A model generated the notes under the pieces. It searched no databases and was not told the DNA's origin. It was given only the letters and a program-made list of their open reading frames with translations. A DNA stretch of 63,582 bases, the filler included, from Dicyema japonicum (taxonomy: Eukaryota > Animalia > Dicyemida): assembly GCA_011109175.1 (NCBI GenBank). It is 5 parts of 5 records of this genome, joined end to end, with 100 filler letters (N's around TTAATTAATTAA, not from the genome) between each part and the next. Parts side by side here need not be neighbours in the genome. Positions count along the whole stretch, not along the records: positions 1 to 27,765 come from RDEW01000023.1; positions 27,866 to 44,481 come from RDEW01000130.1; 3 more parts are not named here. One strand, written 5' to 3'. A program made the position numbers and the translations under genes. Shown here piece by piece: positions 23,510 to 36,668 of this stretch (the stretch's first letter is position 1; each line of letters opens with the position of its first letter).

Positions 23510-24560
23510 TAGTTGTATTGGCAGGTGATTTTAAACAGACTCTGCCAATTATTCAAAGAGGGACGCCTGCGGATGAATTGAATGCCTGCCTCAAATCGTC
23601 ATACCTGTGGACACACGTCAAAAAGGTAAGCTTAGATGTAAATGTACGTGCACATTTACAAGGCGTCAATAGCATATTTCCAAATATCCTTTTAGATATT
23701 GGAAATGGGGCAATTACTTCAGATATACAAGATCAGAAAATTAGGTTACCTGAGGAATTATGTATATATGTGAATACAGCAGAAGATTTATTTAGTTCGT
23801 ATATTCTGAACTATCAGAACACTACAGGAATTTCGACTGGCTTCGTGAACGAGCTATATTAGCTCCGCTAAATGATGAGGTACTTAATATAAATTTAGAT
23901 TTATTAATCCAAATCCCTGGAGAAGAAAGAATATATAAATCAGTGGACGTTATTATGGACCATGAAAGAGCCTGCGAATATCCGGTCGAATTTTTAAATT
24001 CCTTAGATCCCTCTGGAATGCCTAATCATCTTTTAAAATTAAAGATAGGCGTTCCAGTTGTTTTATTACGAAATCTTGCGCCACCTAAATTATGCAACGG
24101 AACGAGGTTAGTTATCAAAAATTTGATGGCTAACGTAATAGAAGCGACGATATTAACAGGTAAGTATAGAGGTGAGGATGTATATATCCCACAAATTCTG
24201 AGTATTTCTGATGAATTACCGTTTAGATTTAAAAGGTGCAATTTCCGTTGAGGATGAGTTTTGCGATGACAATAAACAAGGAACAGGGACAGTCATTAAA
24301 GGTAGTTGGCTTATTTTTAGAGAGCGAGTACTTTTCACATGGACAGCTGTATGTGGGATGCTCGAGGGTAGGCAGAAGAGAAAATTTATTTATATTTGCT
24401 AAGGAAGGACGGACGAAAAACATCGTTTATCAACAGGCGTTAGAATAGGGTTACATCAAACCAGGTCGTTTTATATATCTACATAAACTTATAGTTGTTT
24501 AATGAAACAGGCCCTCCGCAGGAGCTAGGTCGCGGTGAGCGAAGCGAGCTGCCGAGCTAG
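23510..24560 (+). mobile_element. Helitron 3' part: PIF1-like helicase C-terminus, hairpin and CTAG end
   Basis: GDFKQTLPII, LKIGVPVVLLRNLAPPKLCNGTRL, QFPLRMSFAMTINKEQGQSL, FSHGQLYVGCSRV, TKNIVY. GAGCGAAGCGAGC hairpin, then CTAG|T at 24560. Confidence 0.95.
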
Positions 24561-25133
24561 TACAAAATAATGTTTTTTATTTACATAAAAAATTAAAAAT
24601 CAGATTCCATATCTAAACCAGTTGGAAGTGAAATAAAATATAAGTTTTTTTTTTTTTTTTGTTAATGATTTATTTTAAGAGGAAATATAAGTTCGGTTTG
24701 ATCTATTTCAATAGGGAAATAGTAGTTCGATTTTATCAATACGGAAAAATTAAAACTCAAAACAAAGTGAAGAACAGATCAAAAAAGATAAAATCTTTAA
24801 GAAAATATCTCAATTCTTATAAATAAATGTTAAAAGCTATAATCCCGATGTCACAATGCAAAAAATGTTCAAAAAATAAAAGCTGTAAACCTGAAGGCCC
24901 ATATTTTTATAAAAATGCTCATTTTAATTTTATTAATAAAAATGTTGAGTTCTGGAAGACTGAATGACTTTTTGCAGTATCCACTAAACTGTTAACAAAC
25001 TCAATCGAATACTTATCACTAGGGACATTTACAGTGGTAAAATGCTATTTTTTACTTTTTATAGTTTTTTTAATATAAAATTGAATTTGGAATACTTTTT
25101 TAAATAATGGTTTTATTTAAATTATAAGAGAAA

Positions 25134-25409
25134 TCAATTGAGGAAGCCTGCTGCCTGGATCGAGAACGAGTTGCCTCGGAGTATGGCTATTCCAATCCTT
25201 TGTCTTAGCCATACTCCTTCTCGTTGATCCCTCTTCTTTGTGGCGAGCATTCCTCCGAGTTCGCGCAAGAACTCGGCCGTCACTGGACCAACTGCTCCCG
25301 ATGACTCGGCCGCAACAGGGGTGAATCTGTAGCGGTCTCCGAGGAAGGAATATTTTTTGGTTTTTAGTTTTTCCGCGATTGAGGCAGCTGCTCCAGGTGT
25401 CTTAACCAA
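25134..25409 (-). mobile_element. CRE-like 3' fragment
   Basis: AEKLKTKKY..FTPVAAESSG..WLRQRIGIAILRGN. Confidence 0.85.
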
Positions 25410-26978
25410 TTTAAGGAGGTTCGTGCTTGAATAAGTTATTTCAAAGGGGGCGCCTAAAGCAGGTTGAAGTTTTTAAGTTTCAATTTATAAACACCGCTCA
25501 GATTTTTAAAAATTATAGTTTGGTAATCGAGCAGGCCTGTGTCCATAGTTCCTTATTGTTCCAATACTTATCGTAAAGCTCCAGAGTATATCTAACTGGC
25601 CTCAGATTGTATAACACCAGAGGGAGATCAATGGACACGTTTTACTGGCGATTTATGACGGGAACTCACCGCAGTAAGTAGGTTAGTAGGAAAAGAATTA
25701 ATTAATTATTCAATCAATGCATTCCTTAAATATTTGCATAATTAAATAGAATTAATTAGAAAAATTCTCCCCAATAACTAAACTAAAATCACCCACACCA
25801 TACATCTGACACATCTCTTAAAACTCAAAAAAGAGCGCAAAAAATGACCGAATTGTGAAACTTCAAATCTTCACACGTCGATTTTATGATCAAATGAATA
25901 GAAGCATCCAACTTGGGCACATTGAGGAGGAAATAGAAAAAGAACAATTTAAAAACACCGAATTAGAAATAATCGGTGGAAACATAGGTCAGATTTTTAA
26001 AATTTATAATTTACCAGGTTAGTAACAAAACATTAATAACCAATCAGACTTGTCATTACTGTTAATAGAATAACATCCGACAGATTCTAGTTAGTTAGGA
26101 AATCCTGAGACTTGAAAACACATGTTGAAAAATATCCTTCTTAGTGGCATCCTTATATCAGTTGGGGACTAAATACAATCATTCAAGACTCCCGAATATA
26201 TTCCGGCACATGCTTACTTCCAATGGCAACTTCTCTGATTGCTTTTCATGTCTCAAATTTTTCATAATACGAGTTTTTCTTCCAAAACTGTAAAACTTCA
26301 CAAAAACATGAAACTAAGCTTATCGAGAATTTAAAATCTCAGCTCTAAATTTGCCAAGTCGTGCCCTCTTTACTGCCAAATTCATGATTGTCGCCAATAC
26401 GAAAAGAACTCGGTATCGAAAGGCAGAAATATCCTCAATTTTGAATGGATCTTTTTCTATCTCAGCAGTGACTTCCCCAAGCAAGTCCATCTCCTTTGAC
26501 AAACGAGCAGCAACTCATTTGGTATTCATACGGGCATTTCTGGCACAATTTGGAGAAATGGGAAATCAAAATTGAGAACCTGAGAGACAGCATTAAAGTC
26601 AACACAGCAGGTCATGCTGTACTCTCATCTTTCTCCCATTTTAAATACCGTTTAAAAAACCACTTGAAAGAATCCCCCGAAGCAAAGGCAATGTCGTACT
26701 TTCTCTCGTTACATTCTTTTACAGCATTAATCCTATTAAAAAATATCATGACTTGTGAAAACTAACGGAAGTTGAGCATTCAGGACCCAACTACGAATGG
26801 AAAACTGTTCAAAAAGTAGTTTTACCAGTCTTAGCAGGGCCGACAGGAATTATATATTTTTTCTTATACCCAAAACTCAGAACATATTGAGATAGTTGAG
26901 AGAACAGTAAGAAATGTGACCGCTTCAAAATAGAATATTACACGATTTTTTATGAGGAGACAAAAATTATTTAAAGGA

Positions 26979-27194
26979 CTATTTATTGAAAATTGACATA
27001 ACGTAATTTTCCAAATTTTGAGTACTAAAGTTTCTATTTGACCTCAAAAGACTGCTGAATTGCGAAAAGCACCGTTCGACAGATGCTGAGGATGGCTGAC
27101 AGTTTTGAATGAATGAATAATCTTCAGGAGATATATTTTTGCACTCCATATTAATAATTTTAGTTAGATCGCTATCCGAAATTTGTTTCTCCAA
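26979..27194 (-). mobile_element. CGGBP-type hAT dimerisation-domain fragment
   Basis: PSSASVERCFSQFSSLLRSNRNF..NL, related to the C-terminus of the 8699-10390 element. Confidence 0.7.
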
Positions 27195-27765
27195 ATATTT
27201 TTTAACCCTGTTTCATCTTCATATGCGGACTTTGCATGGAACGGATCTCCGGATGGGATGTCGAGCTTCCTAGTCTTCTTCAGCCACACTACAACAAAAA
27301 CAAACAATAAGATAAGAGCAACTAATGGACTTCTTACCTCGGAATTAATTAAAAATAATTAACTTTCTTGTTCCCTTGCTCTTGATCTTAATAAATTGTG
27401 TGGCTGGCACAAGCGAAGGCTCAGGTACTCACGTGCCTCTGTCTTCTCGGACGTGCTGTTTACTTTTTTTACTTAACCACTGCTGTAGATGAATCGTTCG
27501 TGATTATCGTTAAAAATCCCAGACTGCATGTTTTCCGAGTCTTTATTGATTATAACTTTCTACGGAGACGAAGTTTGCTGACTTTTTTCAACCACGTTTC
27601 GCAATTTTGAAATCGAAGACATTTACCATATCCACATGTCGTGTTCACCGATCAGCGCTGTAACTGAGACACCTGGTGGAACAGAATCTGTCCAATAATG
27701 GTGGATGGGGTTAGTAATGGAATTGCTTTTGTTCCGTTGGGACAGTGCAGTTATTAAAACTAACT

Positions 27766-27865
27766 NNNNNNNNNNNNNNNNNNNNNNNNNNNNNNNNNNN
27801 NNNNNNNNNTTAATTAATTAANNNNNNNNNNNNNNNNNNNNNNNNNNNNNNNNNNNNNNNNNNNN
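27766..27865. other. Artificial 100-bp scaffold spacer (44 N + TTAATTAATTAA + 44 N); also at 44482-44581, 55788-55887 and 59006-59105
   Basis: Identical palindromic six-frame stop linker centred in four N gaps. Confidence 0.95.
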
Positions 27866-28499
27866 CAATAAATACTTTATTTAAAAAAAAAAATTATAGT
27901 TAATTTTATTTGGAAAACCTAAAGTAATTAGATAACCACGTTACTACTCATAATTCGTTTTGTTGTTGTGCATTGTGTTATTTTTTTATCATATTTTATT
28001 CTCCTATATTAATGGTTAAAATTTGTATTAAAATTGATTAAATATATTGTTGACTTACAGAATTTCTTATAATATTCGATATTCTGTAATTGATTTTATT
28101 TTCACAATAATTTAATCATTTTTACATTTTAACTATTTAATACTTTTTGGATTTTTCTACAAAACTCTATTTCTTGCCTATTTCCATATTTATTAAAATT
28201 TTACTTTATTAAAATTCAATAATTTCAATAATTTTGAAATATGTATATTTCTTTGTTCTTGGGACAGTCTTTTTTCTTGAATAAGAATTTTGAGATGCTA
28301 TTATGTGTCGACCGAGCGCTACGCGCGACCAATCAAATTCACTCAATGTCAATCAATGTCAGATTAACTCATTTTATTAATAGATCAAGAACAATTATTA
28401 TTTCTAACTGTTATCTAACTTCTTGAGTCGTTTTGCATGTACTTTTATTACTGATCCATCACTATTTTCCACATTGACAAAACTGTTAGACTATTTTGC

Positions 28500-28980
28500 A
28501 ACAATAGTGACTGTATCCCCGTATGGATGTTCGAACCTGGTTAATCTCAAGGAAGGATTCGTCCCATAATCCTTTTGAATGCGAACCTTTTAAGTAATTA
28601 TAAAATAAATACTACGTCTCCTATGTTTAATTTAAGACAAATAATTCACCTGTAGATGAGTGAGGTGTTTGATTGTACAAAAACACAGCCTTTCTTATGT
28701 GTTTTATCCACTCTTTGTTGTCATCCAAACTCATAATTTTTGAAAGGCTCCTTGTGATGGTCTGATTAAATCGTTAAACAATTCCCTGACTCTGTGGATT
28801 GTTTGGTCTTGCATGTATTTAACGAATACAGAACTCTTCATATACTTTTGTCACATGAGAATTCTTGAATTCTGTTCTGTTGTCTGATTGGAGAAACTTG
28901 CAAGGACCAAAATCCATAAAAATATCATTTAGGTAAACGCATATTACGAATAAACGTCAATTACAGACATTAACTAAGAA
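28500..28980 (-). mobile_element. Ginger-like integrase-core fragment
   Basis: Manual translation: VIDVYS..A, LQSDNRTEFKN, ARPNNPQSQG..RFNQTI, YNQTPHSST. Confidence 0.75.
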
Positions 28981-29373
28981 AAATCGCTGTTCTCATTTTT
29001 AAATCTACAAAATAAGCTAATTTTATACCTTTTAAGATCAATCAAATCTACTTGAAACCTTTCATTAGGTAAAATCAGCAACAATATGAGTTGAATCATA
29101 ATATTGTTTTAGTGGAACTGAAAATTTGCAGATAATGTATTCTTTAAACACTTGGCGAAAGATCTCTCTTCTCAATATAAAAAATCTTCGTCTACATAAG
29201 GCTTCCAAAGCATTATATCCACAACTAGCTGGCCAGCTCGCTTCGCTCACGGCCATCATATTGAAATCCCGCGTTTTTTAAAACAATTATTTTCGTATGT
29301 GTGAGTGAATCTTCATAATCACTCAAGGAAATATTTATACGTTCCGATAATGTTCTTTTTCTTGCTATTTTTG

Positions 29374-29720
29374 CTGATTCTCTTGCCTTTTTCAAACGAA
29401 CACTTTTTTGTAAAGGGGTTTCTGAGTTTATTGTCTTTTTGGCTGATTCTCTTGCCTTTTCCAAACGAACACTTTTTTGTAAAGGAGTTTCTGAGTTTAT
29501 TGCCTTTTGACTGATTCTCTTGCCTTTTCCAAACGACACTTTTTTGTAAAGGGTTTCTGAGTTTATTGCCTTTTTGACTGATTCTCTTGCCTTTTCCAAA
29601 CGAACACTTTTTTGTAAAGGGGTTTCTGAGTTTATGGCCTTTTTGGCTGATTCTCGTGCCTTTTCCAAACGAACACTTTTTTGTAAAGGGGTTTCTGAGT
29701 TTATTGCCTTTTTGGCTGAT
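29374..29720 (-). repeat. About 5 copies of a 69-bp unit encoding EKARESAKKAINSETPLQKSVRL
   Basis: Units start at about 29374, 29443, 29511, 29578, 29647 and 29716 (partial). Confidence 0.95.
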
Positions 29721-29727
29721 TTCCTTT

Positions 29728-30207
29728 AAAAAAGTGGAATCTCACTTTTAAACACTTAATTTTAAGTTTCGAATGTTTTTGAAAAATCGATTTTTTTAAT
29801 GGGGGAGCGTGGTTAAAAAAGTGGAATCTCACTTTTAAACACTTAATTTTAAGTTTCGAATGTTTTTGAAAAATCGATTTTTTTAATGGGGGAGCGTGGT
29901 TAAAAAAGTGGAATCTCACTTTTCAAACACTTAATTTTAAGTTTCGAATGTTTTTGAAAAATCGATTTTTTTAATGGGGGAGCGTGGTTAAAAAAGTGGA
30001 ATCTCACTTTTAAACACTTAATTTTAAGTTTCGAATGTTTTTGAAAAATCGATTTTTTTAATGGGGGAGCGTAATAAAAAATGGAAATCTCACTTTTAAA
30101 CCAATTTTAAGTTTCGAATTTTTTGAAAATCGATTTTTTAATGGGGGAGCGTGATTAAAAAATGGAATCTCACTTGTAACCACTTAAGTTTCGAATGTTT
30201 TTGAAAT
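29728..30207. repeat. About 5.5 copies of an ~87-bp unit
   Basis: GTGGAATCTCAC recurs at 29734, 29821, 29908 and 29996, with degenerate copies at about 30081 and 30162. Confidence 0.95.
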
Positions 30208-30296
30208 ATACATACAAATATATAAATAAATAATTTTTTTTATATAATTTTTTTTTTTAAATAAACGAACAAAACGGGGGAGAGTTTAACTAGTTA

Positions 30297-31009
30297 ATGG
30301 CCTCACGAGGCGCTCGGCCAGCCTCGCGAATAGCAAAGCCATTCCCACGGATCACAGCGATCGACAGACGTTCCAAGAGCCAATCCTTGATATCCGTCGA
30401 CCGAGCGAGCGAAGGAAGCGGAGCGTCTTGGGCCGAAGATCCCGGAAGACTCCAAAGCAATTGGAGTAAAAAAAGCGAGTTCGAGAGGTGGCCGTACTTG
30501 AGAATCTTACGATCCTCGGCGAGCCTCGAAGCGTGCCCAGGATCAGCAGCGGAATAAACTAAATAGTGTTTCTATTTTATATATATAGATGATGGCTTCA
30601 TGAATCTCACGTGCGATTATTTTCATCTCTTCTAAGCAAGGGTTGCGTGCTCCAGCCAAGGTCATCAAAAAGGGCATTACAGATTGTATCGAGGCATGCA
30701 CGACCTGAGAGCACGGTTGAAGTTGGAAAGGCTCACGTGATTGGTGAAACAGGGAGCACTTCTGAGGGTGAACAATAATTTGGCAATTGCAAAGCAGTTC
30801 TTCAATAAAAATAGGGCCGCATGGGAATCGAATTGCCGTAAGTTCACTGGACATGAGATTAGAGGTTTTTTTCGGACAGGGTTTGATCCACTCGTGTTGA
30901 ATATAGGAGAGTCCAAAATCGGAAAATAAACCCTATCTAGAACTCTAATGTTGATAACTTCAAGAAATTCTGATTTTGTAGAATAATATAGCCTTTTCCG
31001 CAGAGCCAT
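30297..31009 (-). mobile_element. CRE-like fragment, internally deleted and frameshifted
   Basis: DSHAALFLLKNCFAIAKLLFTLRSAPCF; AEDRKILKY..PIALESSG. Confidence 0.8.
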
Positions 31010-31129
31010 AGCATTTTATAGCTCCGCACAGGTAGGATACACACTTTATTTTAAGTGAAGAAGAGGAGTTAATTTAACTAATCGTAGGTAGGTAGGGCCA
31101 GTCATAGGTATGTCCAATGATCTTCACTT

Positions 31130-31318
31130 GTTTTTCTTTTTCTTGTGTGTGGGTCCAAGATAGACGTTCCGGTTCTGCAGTGAGTATTCACTGATGACGG
31201 CGCCACTTGTCAAGCCTTTTAGACATCGTAGATGCGTGGAATCCTCCTCCGGATGAACAGCGGCCAGACTCGAACCGTAACCTAAGTCACTATAGCCCGA
31301 GGCCTCACACTGTGCCAG
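31130..31318 (-). mobile_element. Possible tRNA-derived SINE
   Basis: A-box-like TGGCACAGTGTG and B-box GGTTCGAGTC (31276-31267) without a tRNA cloverleaf; A-rich tail. Confidence 0.4.
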
Positions 31319-31532
31319 AATAATATAAAGATGAATAATATAATGATACTTTTTATATTGATTAATTAGAGTGACACGTTGATGACAGGCGTGAGAAATA
31401 AAAAAAATATTTTTATTGATGACTATTATTGATACAAAGGGAATTTCGCGACTATACGGATTCCTGTCAAAATATTGATAAGACTAAAATATCTTTAATT
31501 AATAAGAAAACACAGACAAAAAATTATTTTTT

Positions 31533-31650
31533 TAAACTGCCGGCGCATAGGATGGTCTGGCAGTTCCCTCGGACGATCGCCAACGAAACTCTTTGGAAGA
31601 GATGGCGAGTCTCGTTGGGATCCTTATTCTTCTTGGCAATCTTCGTCTAA
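31533..31650 (-). mobile_element. CRE-like extreme 3' fragment
   Basis: DPNETRHLFQRVSLAIVRGNC, then an A-run. Confidence 0.75.
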
Positions 31651-33139
31651 TTTATAAATAAATACTGATGACCAGCTAGTGTATGTACTTGGCTCGAATA
31701 CTCAAGTCGAGGATCCCGACCCATTCATTTTCAACAAAGACAAAAGTCACATTCTAAACATAAATTCTGTTTAATTTTACTGGTGAAAAGACTGGAATAG
31801 TTGTTGCCAAAAAATGATTTATACAATGAATCCCCCGAATTGGCCATTTTTGGTTCTTCGGAAATAAAATCAATATTTTTTAATTCAGAGTAGCATTGTG
31901 TTAATTTCTCGACAACCTAACCTCACACCGCAACTTCTTAGTCATCAACTACAATTATGTTAAATCAAATGAATTTTTATTTTATTACAAACTTTTTTGA
32001 AAAATAAAATTCGATTTCCATCTGTTTCTGTAATCGAACATTTTTAATCGGAATTTTAAACATCAGGGTTCTTGTGCTTCGAGACCATCAACGGTTTCAA
32101 TTTATGTTTTCCAATCATATTTGCACAAAGCATTATGGAAATTCGATCTTTGAAATTTTTTTAACCTTAAAATCGGTTTCTACAAATTGATTTTGATGGG
32201 ATGAGTATATAAAAAATTCCCATTTCATCCAAATTATATTTGATCGGCAATCATTTTAAATTTGGAAGTTGATATTTCTTATCCGGAAATAAATTTAAAA
32301 GTAAATGATCACACTTATCAAAACCGATTAAATCCCGGTGATCATTGGTTATTTCACCAAGCAGCAGCACATCGCTGTTTAATTCGCACTTTTACAAATG
32401 ACACTCTCAGTCTTATCCATGATGTTCCAGATTTATTTTTAAGGGGAAAAACCAATGACTAGATTTTCTAAAGTCTGCCTCTTTAGAATTGCTGCTTTTA
32501 TCATTGTTTTGCGCATTCTTTGTCAATGAGATATTTAAATAGCTCATTTGTAAACAAAAAATTCATAGGCTAAGTATTTACTTTAATCTTTCGAGAATCA
32601 CACTGATATCTGTTGTATTGTCGGGACCGATTTTTGACTGTTGTTTTACAAATGGATTTTTGGTTTTAATTTTTTCCACCAGCACGAACAGAAAGTACTT
32701 GTGTGTAACGATTGCCTTCACCTCCTGTTGTTTTATTTGAACTAACATTTCCCGTTCAATTTCCTATCTCACCATGGGTGAATTGAAAAAAGTTAACCGA
32801 ACTTAACATCAAACATATCGATAGAACTATTCTAGTTTATCATATAGCTTTGCCGATACGTTTGAATCCATTTTCCCATGTTGATTATTATTGCTTTTTC
32901 CATCATTTAAATAGCAAGTAAATAATCCAGACGATACTTTTTATTTTTGTCATTCTTTTAAAATTTATCCGTTCAAATATCTGACCAAATTTTTCCGAAA
33001 CACAAAAAATTTCGTGTCATCTTTAATCTTATTTCTATACTCAATTACATGAACTGGAACTCACATTTTGAAGTCTGCACTGTAAGACACTCATTTTCTC
33101 TAAAATTCCTTAAGTTTGTTCATTACAATAAATTTCATT

Positions 33140-33362
33140 GATTTTTTCTTAACTACCGCAAGAGCCCAGAAGCAGAAGCGTTTGCAGAAATGACTGTACT
33201 TCGACAGTTTCATGGATTCAGTTTTTCTCGGCAGACGAACCAGGTCGATAAGCGGTGAAATTCATGGCTCCCTTCGCGAAAGAGGTCCGCACAAGTGACG
33301 TCCCAACAAGCTGTTTCCCGGATTCGAAGCGAATAGCGTACAGCTGTCGGGACGTTTTGCCT
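33140..33362 (-). mobile_element. CRE-like endonuclease fragment
   Basis: Frameshifted RPDSCTL..FESGKQ..WDVTCAD..RPGS..MKLSKY. Confidence 0.7.
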
Positions 33363-33481
33363 ATTTAAAAAAGCCAAAAAATCTCAGGAAAAAACCTTAA
33401 ATTATATATTTATTGACTTTAAAAAATAGAATATTTTTTTATATTTAAATAATTTTAATCATTGTTGAGACTCGTGTTTTA

Positions 33482-34499
33482 ATGGGCAAATCTTCTAAAG
33501 ATAGACGAGACATATATTATAGATTCGCAAAAGAACAAGCATGGAGAGCAAGAAGTGCCTTTAAGCTTATACAAGTTGATAATCAATTCAACCTTCTTAA
33601 CAGTAATCTTACCCATAACATTTCAGATTGCAAGTACGTTGTGGATCTCTGTGCCGCACCAGGAAGCTGGACCCAAGTAATAACAAAACGACTGCGGTAC
33701 AATAATTCAACTATCTCAGTGACATACATAAGGACTCCAATCAGTTCAAAGTAGTGTCCGTGGACGTTCAGGAGATACAGCCACTGCAAGACGCTATTAC
33801 ACTGCAATGTGACATTACAGATGTTTATATTTATTTAAATACTGTTAGAGCAAAACAGTCGATTTGATTATTCAGAATTTGGGTGGAAATTTGGCTGACC
33901 TTGTCGTATGTGATGGAGCTCCCGATGGTTATCCGTTCATTTTTGTATTTAGTCACGGGACTGCATGACTTGGACGAGTACATGCAAGCTCAACTCGTAC
34001 TTTCAGTAAGTTTATTAATATTTTTACAAGGCGCTTAAAATATCCATTAAATTGTTGAAGAAAGGAGGGTCTTTTATGTCTAAAGTGAGAAATTTAAATT
34101 TGAATTAGATTTTTCGAGCTAAAAATTCCGATCTACTATTTTCCCAACTGAGATTGTTTTTTGAGGATCTTTTTGTTGCTAAGCCTGCCAGCAGTCGAAA
34201 TTCGAGTGCAGAAGCGTTTGTAGTTTGCAGAGGATTTTGTGGCGGAGAAGAGTCGCCTGAAAATTCATTTTTATTGTTTGGACATCAAAATTCTTTCCGT
34301 CCAGAATTTCTTTTTTGTGGTGATCTCAATTCATTGGATTCAGATAAAACGTATATGTTAGAAGTATTATATATACCTTACCTAATGTCAGTTTGGAGAG
34401 GAGGACTATGTCTACTGCGAACCTATTCAGCCTCCAATTAATCCACCATATAAGGAGGCTTGCCAACTTAAGAAATGTGATAGACAAAGTCGTTTTTAA
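33482..34499 (+). CDS. FTSJ1: tRNA (cytidine32/guanosine34-2'-O)-methyltransferase
   Basis: [73 protein letters not shown]. Introns of about 24 nt, e.g. 33603-33626. Confidence 0.96.
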
Positions 34500-34623
34500 T
34501 GCCTTTTTAATTAATAAAAAAATCTTTTTTAAGTTATTCACATAGGTAAAATCGTTCATCGACTTGGTTATAGTGACTTGGTTTGATTATTTACTACCAC
34601 GTGGTCCTTTGGGAGCTTAAACA

Positions 34624-34891
34624 TGTAATAATACGAGAACAAAATTAGATGCTAGCTAAGGTAAGTGGCTGAAAGGGTTGTCGAGAGCCAAAAGATCAGC
34701 TTAACGACTGCGTATTGAATGACAATTTCGGCAGCGCACAGCAACCGAGATTCGCTGAAAGAGTCAGGTCGTTTGTTTTCGAGAAGATTCTCCTACCAAT
34801 GTCAGTGAGGGAGTTGAGTCGCAGCCTTGCTGACGATTCCTCAGGTTTCGAATGTGTCGACGCAGGTGGCATCAAAATAAGGGACTTTCCT
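34624..34891. repeat. Dispersed LTR-like/structured repeat, copy B
   Basis: Begins TGTAATA; core 34635-34721 is shared with copy A; TGGCATCA lies near the gap. Confidence 0.5.
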
Positions 34892-35212
34892 NNNNNNNNN
34901 NNNNNNNNNNNNNNNNNNNNNNNNNNNNNNNNNNNNNNNNNNNNNNNNNNNNNNNNNNNNNNNNNNNNNNNNNNNNNNNNNNNNNNNNNNNNNNNNNNNN
35001 NNNNNNNNNNNNNNNNNATTTATTAGAACAAAATAATTAAATATTAAAAATTTTATTATTTATTTGAAAACATATTTTGAATATGGATCAAGACTATTTT
35101 TATAGAGTATTAAATAAACTGCTAAAAATAGTGAATGTTATCCAAAACATTCACTAGATAACTCAAATTCTCAGAATCTTAAAAATCGAGACAAAACTTT
35201 AAGTAATAAATA

Positions 35213-36143
35213 CAGTAAAGTCTCTCGAAACCGCCAATTTTGGGGATCGGCAAAATCTGGCGGATTCGAGATTCCTGTACCATCCACATTTGTACATAAC
35301 ATGACTGAAACTCTGTCTTTTAATACTTTATAACCCGATTTAAGGTTTTTACAAACACTTTTGGACGGTATCATTTTGTAAAATAAGCCAGTTTCGTCGG
35401 CATTATAAACATTTTGAACACCATAGAGATCGATTTTATTTTTGATTAATTCAATAAAATTTGATACCACATTAGGGTCAAAATTTAAAGTTGCAGATTC
35501 TCCATGCATATTTCGTAACTTCAAACCATTCCTCTTTTTGAATTTAACAAGCCACCCTTGCTTCCTTTAAAATCATTGAATCCTCGTTCGAAGCAAATAT
35601 TTTGGCTTTCTCAGTAATAATTTCATCGTTCAAATGGCTCCTTTAGCATCCATTGAATTAATCCAAGAAATCGTGTCATTATCGATTTCACTAAACTTTA
35701 AATATTCTTTACGAGAAATGTCAGATCTTAAGTTATTCAATACATTTCCTTCTTATTTCTCAGATCATCGATAGATCTACGAGAAATAGGTACATTATAT
35801 TTTTCGGAAAAAATTTCTGAAATTTTTATGGAAAGAAATTCAATATTCGATTCAATGAACTTTAAAATGGCAATTTGGTTGTTTGTTTTAAATCGTGTAC
35901 AGTTACGTTTCATGAAGACAACAATAAACAATGAAAACGTGTTAATAAATTAATTATTTACCTGTAAAATTAATTAAAAAAATTATTTAAAATTGAGAAC
36001 CATGGCGGATTCGTTAACAAAAATCTGGCGGATTCGAGAATTTGGCGGATTCGAGAAATTTTCTTAGAAAAAATAGCGGATTAGAGAATTTATTAGTTAT
36101 AATTGGCGGATTCGAGAATTGGCGGATTCGAGAGACTTTACTG
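35213..36143 (-). mobile_element. Complete internally deleted Tigger/pogo element
   Basis: TIRs CAGTAAAGTCTCTCGAA at both ends flanked by TA. HTH_CENPB and YNADETGLFY remnants. Repeated GGCGGATTCGAGA subterminal motifs. Confidence 0.95.
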
Positions 36144-36668
36144 TACTTTTTAGTTTACATTATCATGAAATATTAATTACTATAAATTTATTTTAACTCA
36201 CTAAATTTTTCGTAAAGAGATCTTTCTCTTAAAAAAACTACGGAAATTTTAATACCAACTATTGCTGCTATTAAATACTTTATAGCAGCTGACTTTCTAA
36301 ATTTACTGAACTGCGGCCAATAACTAATATAGTGACTGCAGTACACCGGTAAATACCCAACGAATACAGATTAATATTATTGGTTAAGTCCGTTGATGAT
36401 GACATTGGATTGACTAGTCACCAAATACCACAAGGGTTACTTAAACCAAGTTGGGTGTAGACAAGTCTCAAATTGGTTATATGCAGTCAACTTTTCTTAG
36501 AGGAGTCTGGAGAGTATCTCGTTTGATTCTCGCCGATCCAGTCCTTTTTTGGGAAATTTCATAGAATTCATTCTTACCTTAAATTAATACGTAAAAATTA
36601 TTTGCTATGTTATATTAAAAAACTTACAAATATATTTTATCTATTTAAAATTTTGACAATACTAAGGA

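Larger units (their letters stand above)
29225..30290 (-). mobile_element. Non-autonomous Helitron derivative carrying two tandem arrays
   Basis: On the minus strand, GGCCGTGAGCGAAGCGAGCTGGCC hairpin + CTAG|T, the same motif as 24530-24560. The 5' boundary is uncertain. Confidence 0.75.

Noticed and set aside
27810-27821. Palindromic TTAATTAATTAA recurring four times
   Set aside because: It is always centred in a 100-bp N gap: an artificial six-frame stop linker.
29374-30207. Regular repeats considered as a CRISPR array
   Set aside because: They are head-to-tail units without unique spacers, there are no cas genes, and the context is eukaryotic.
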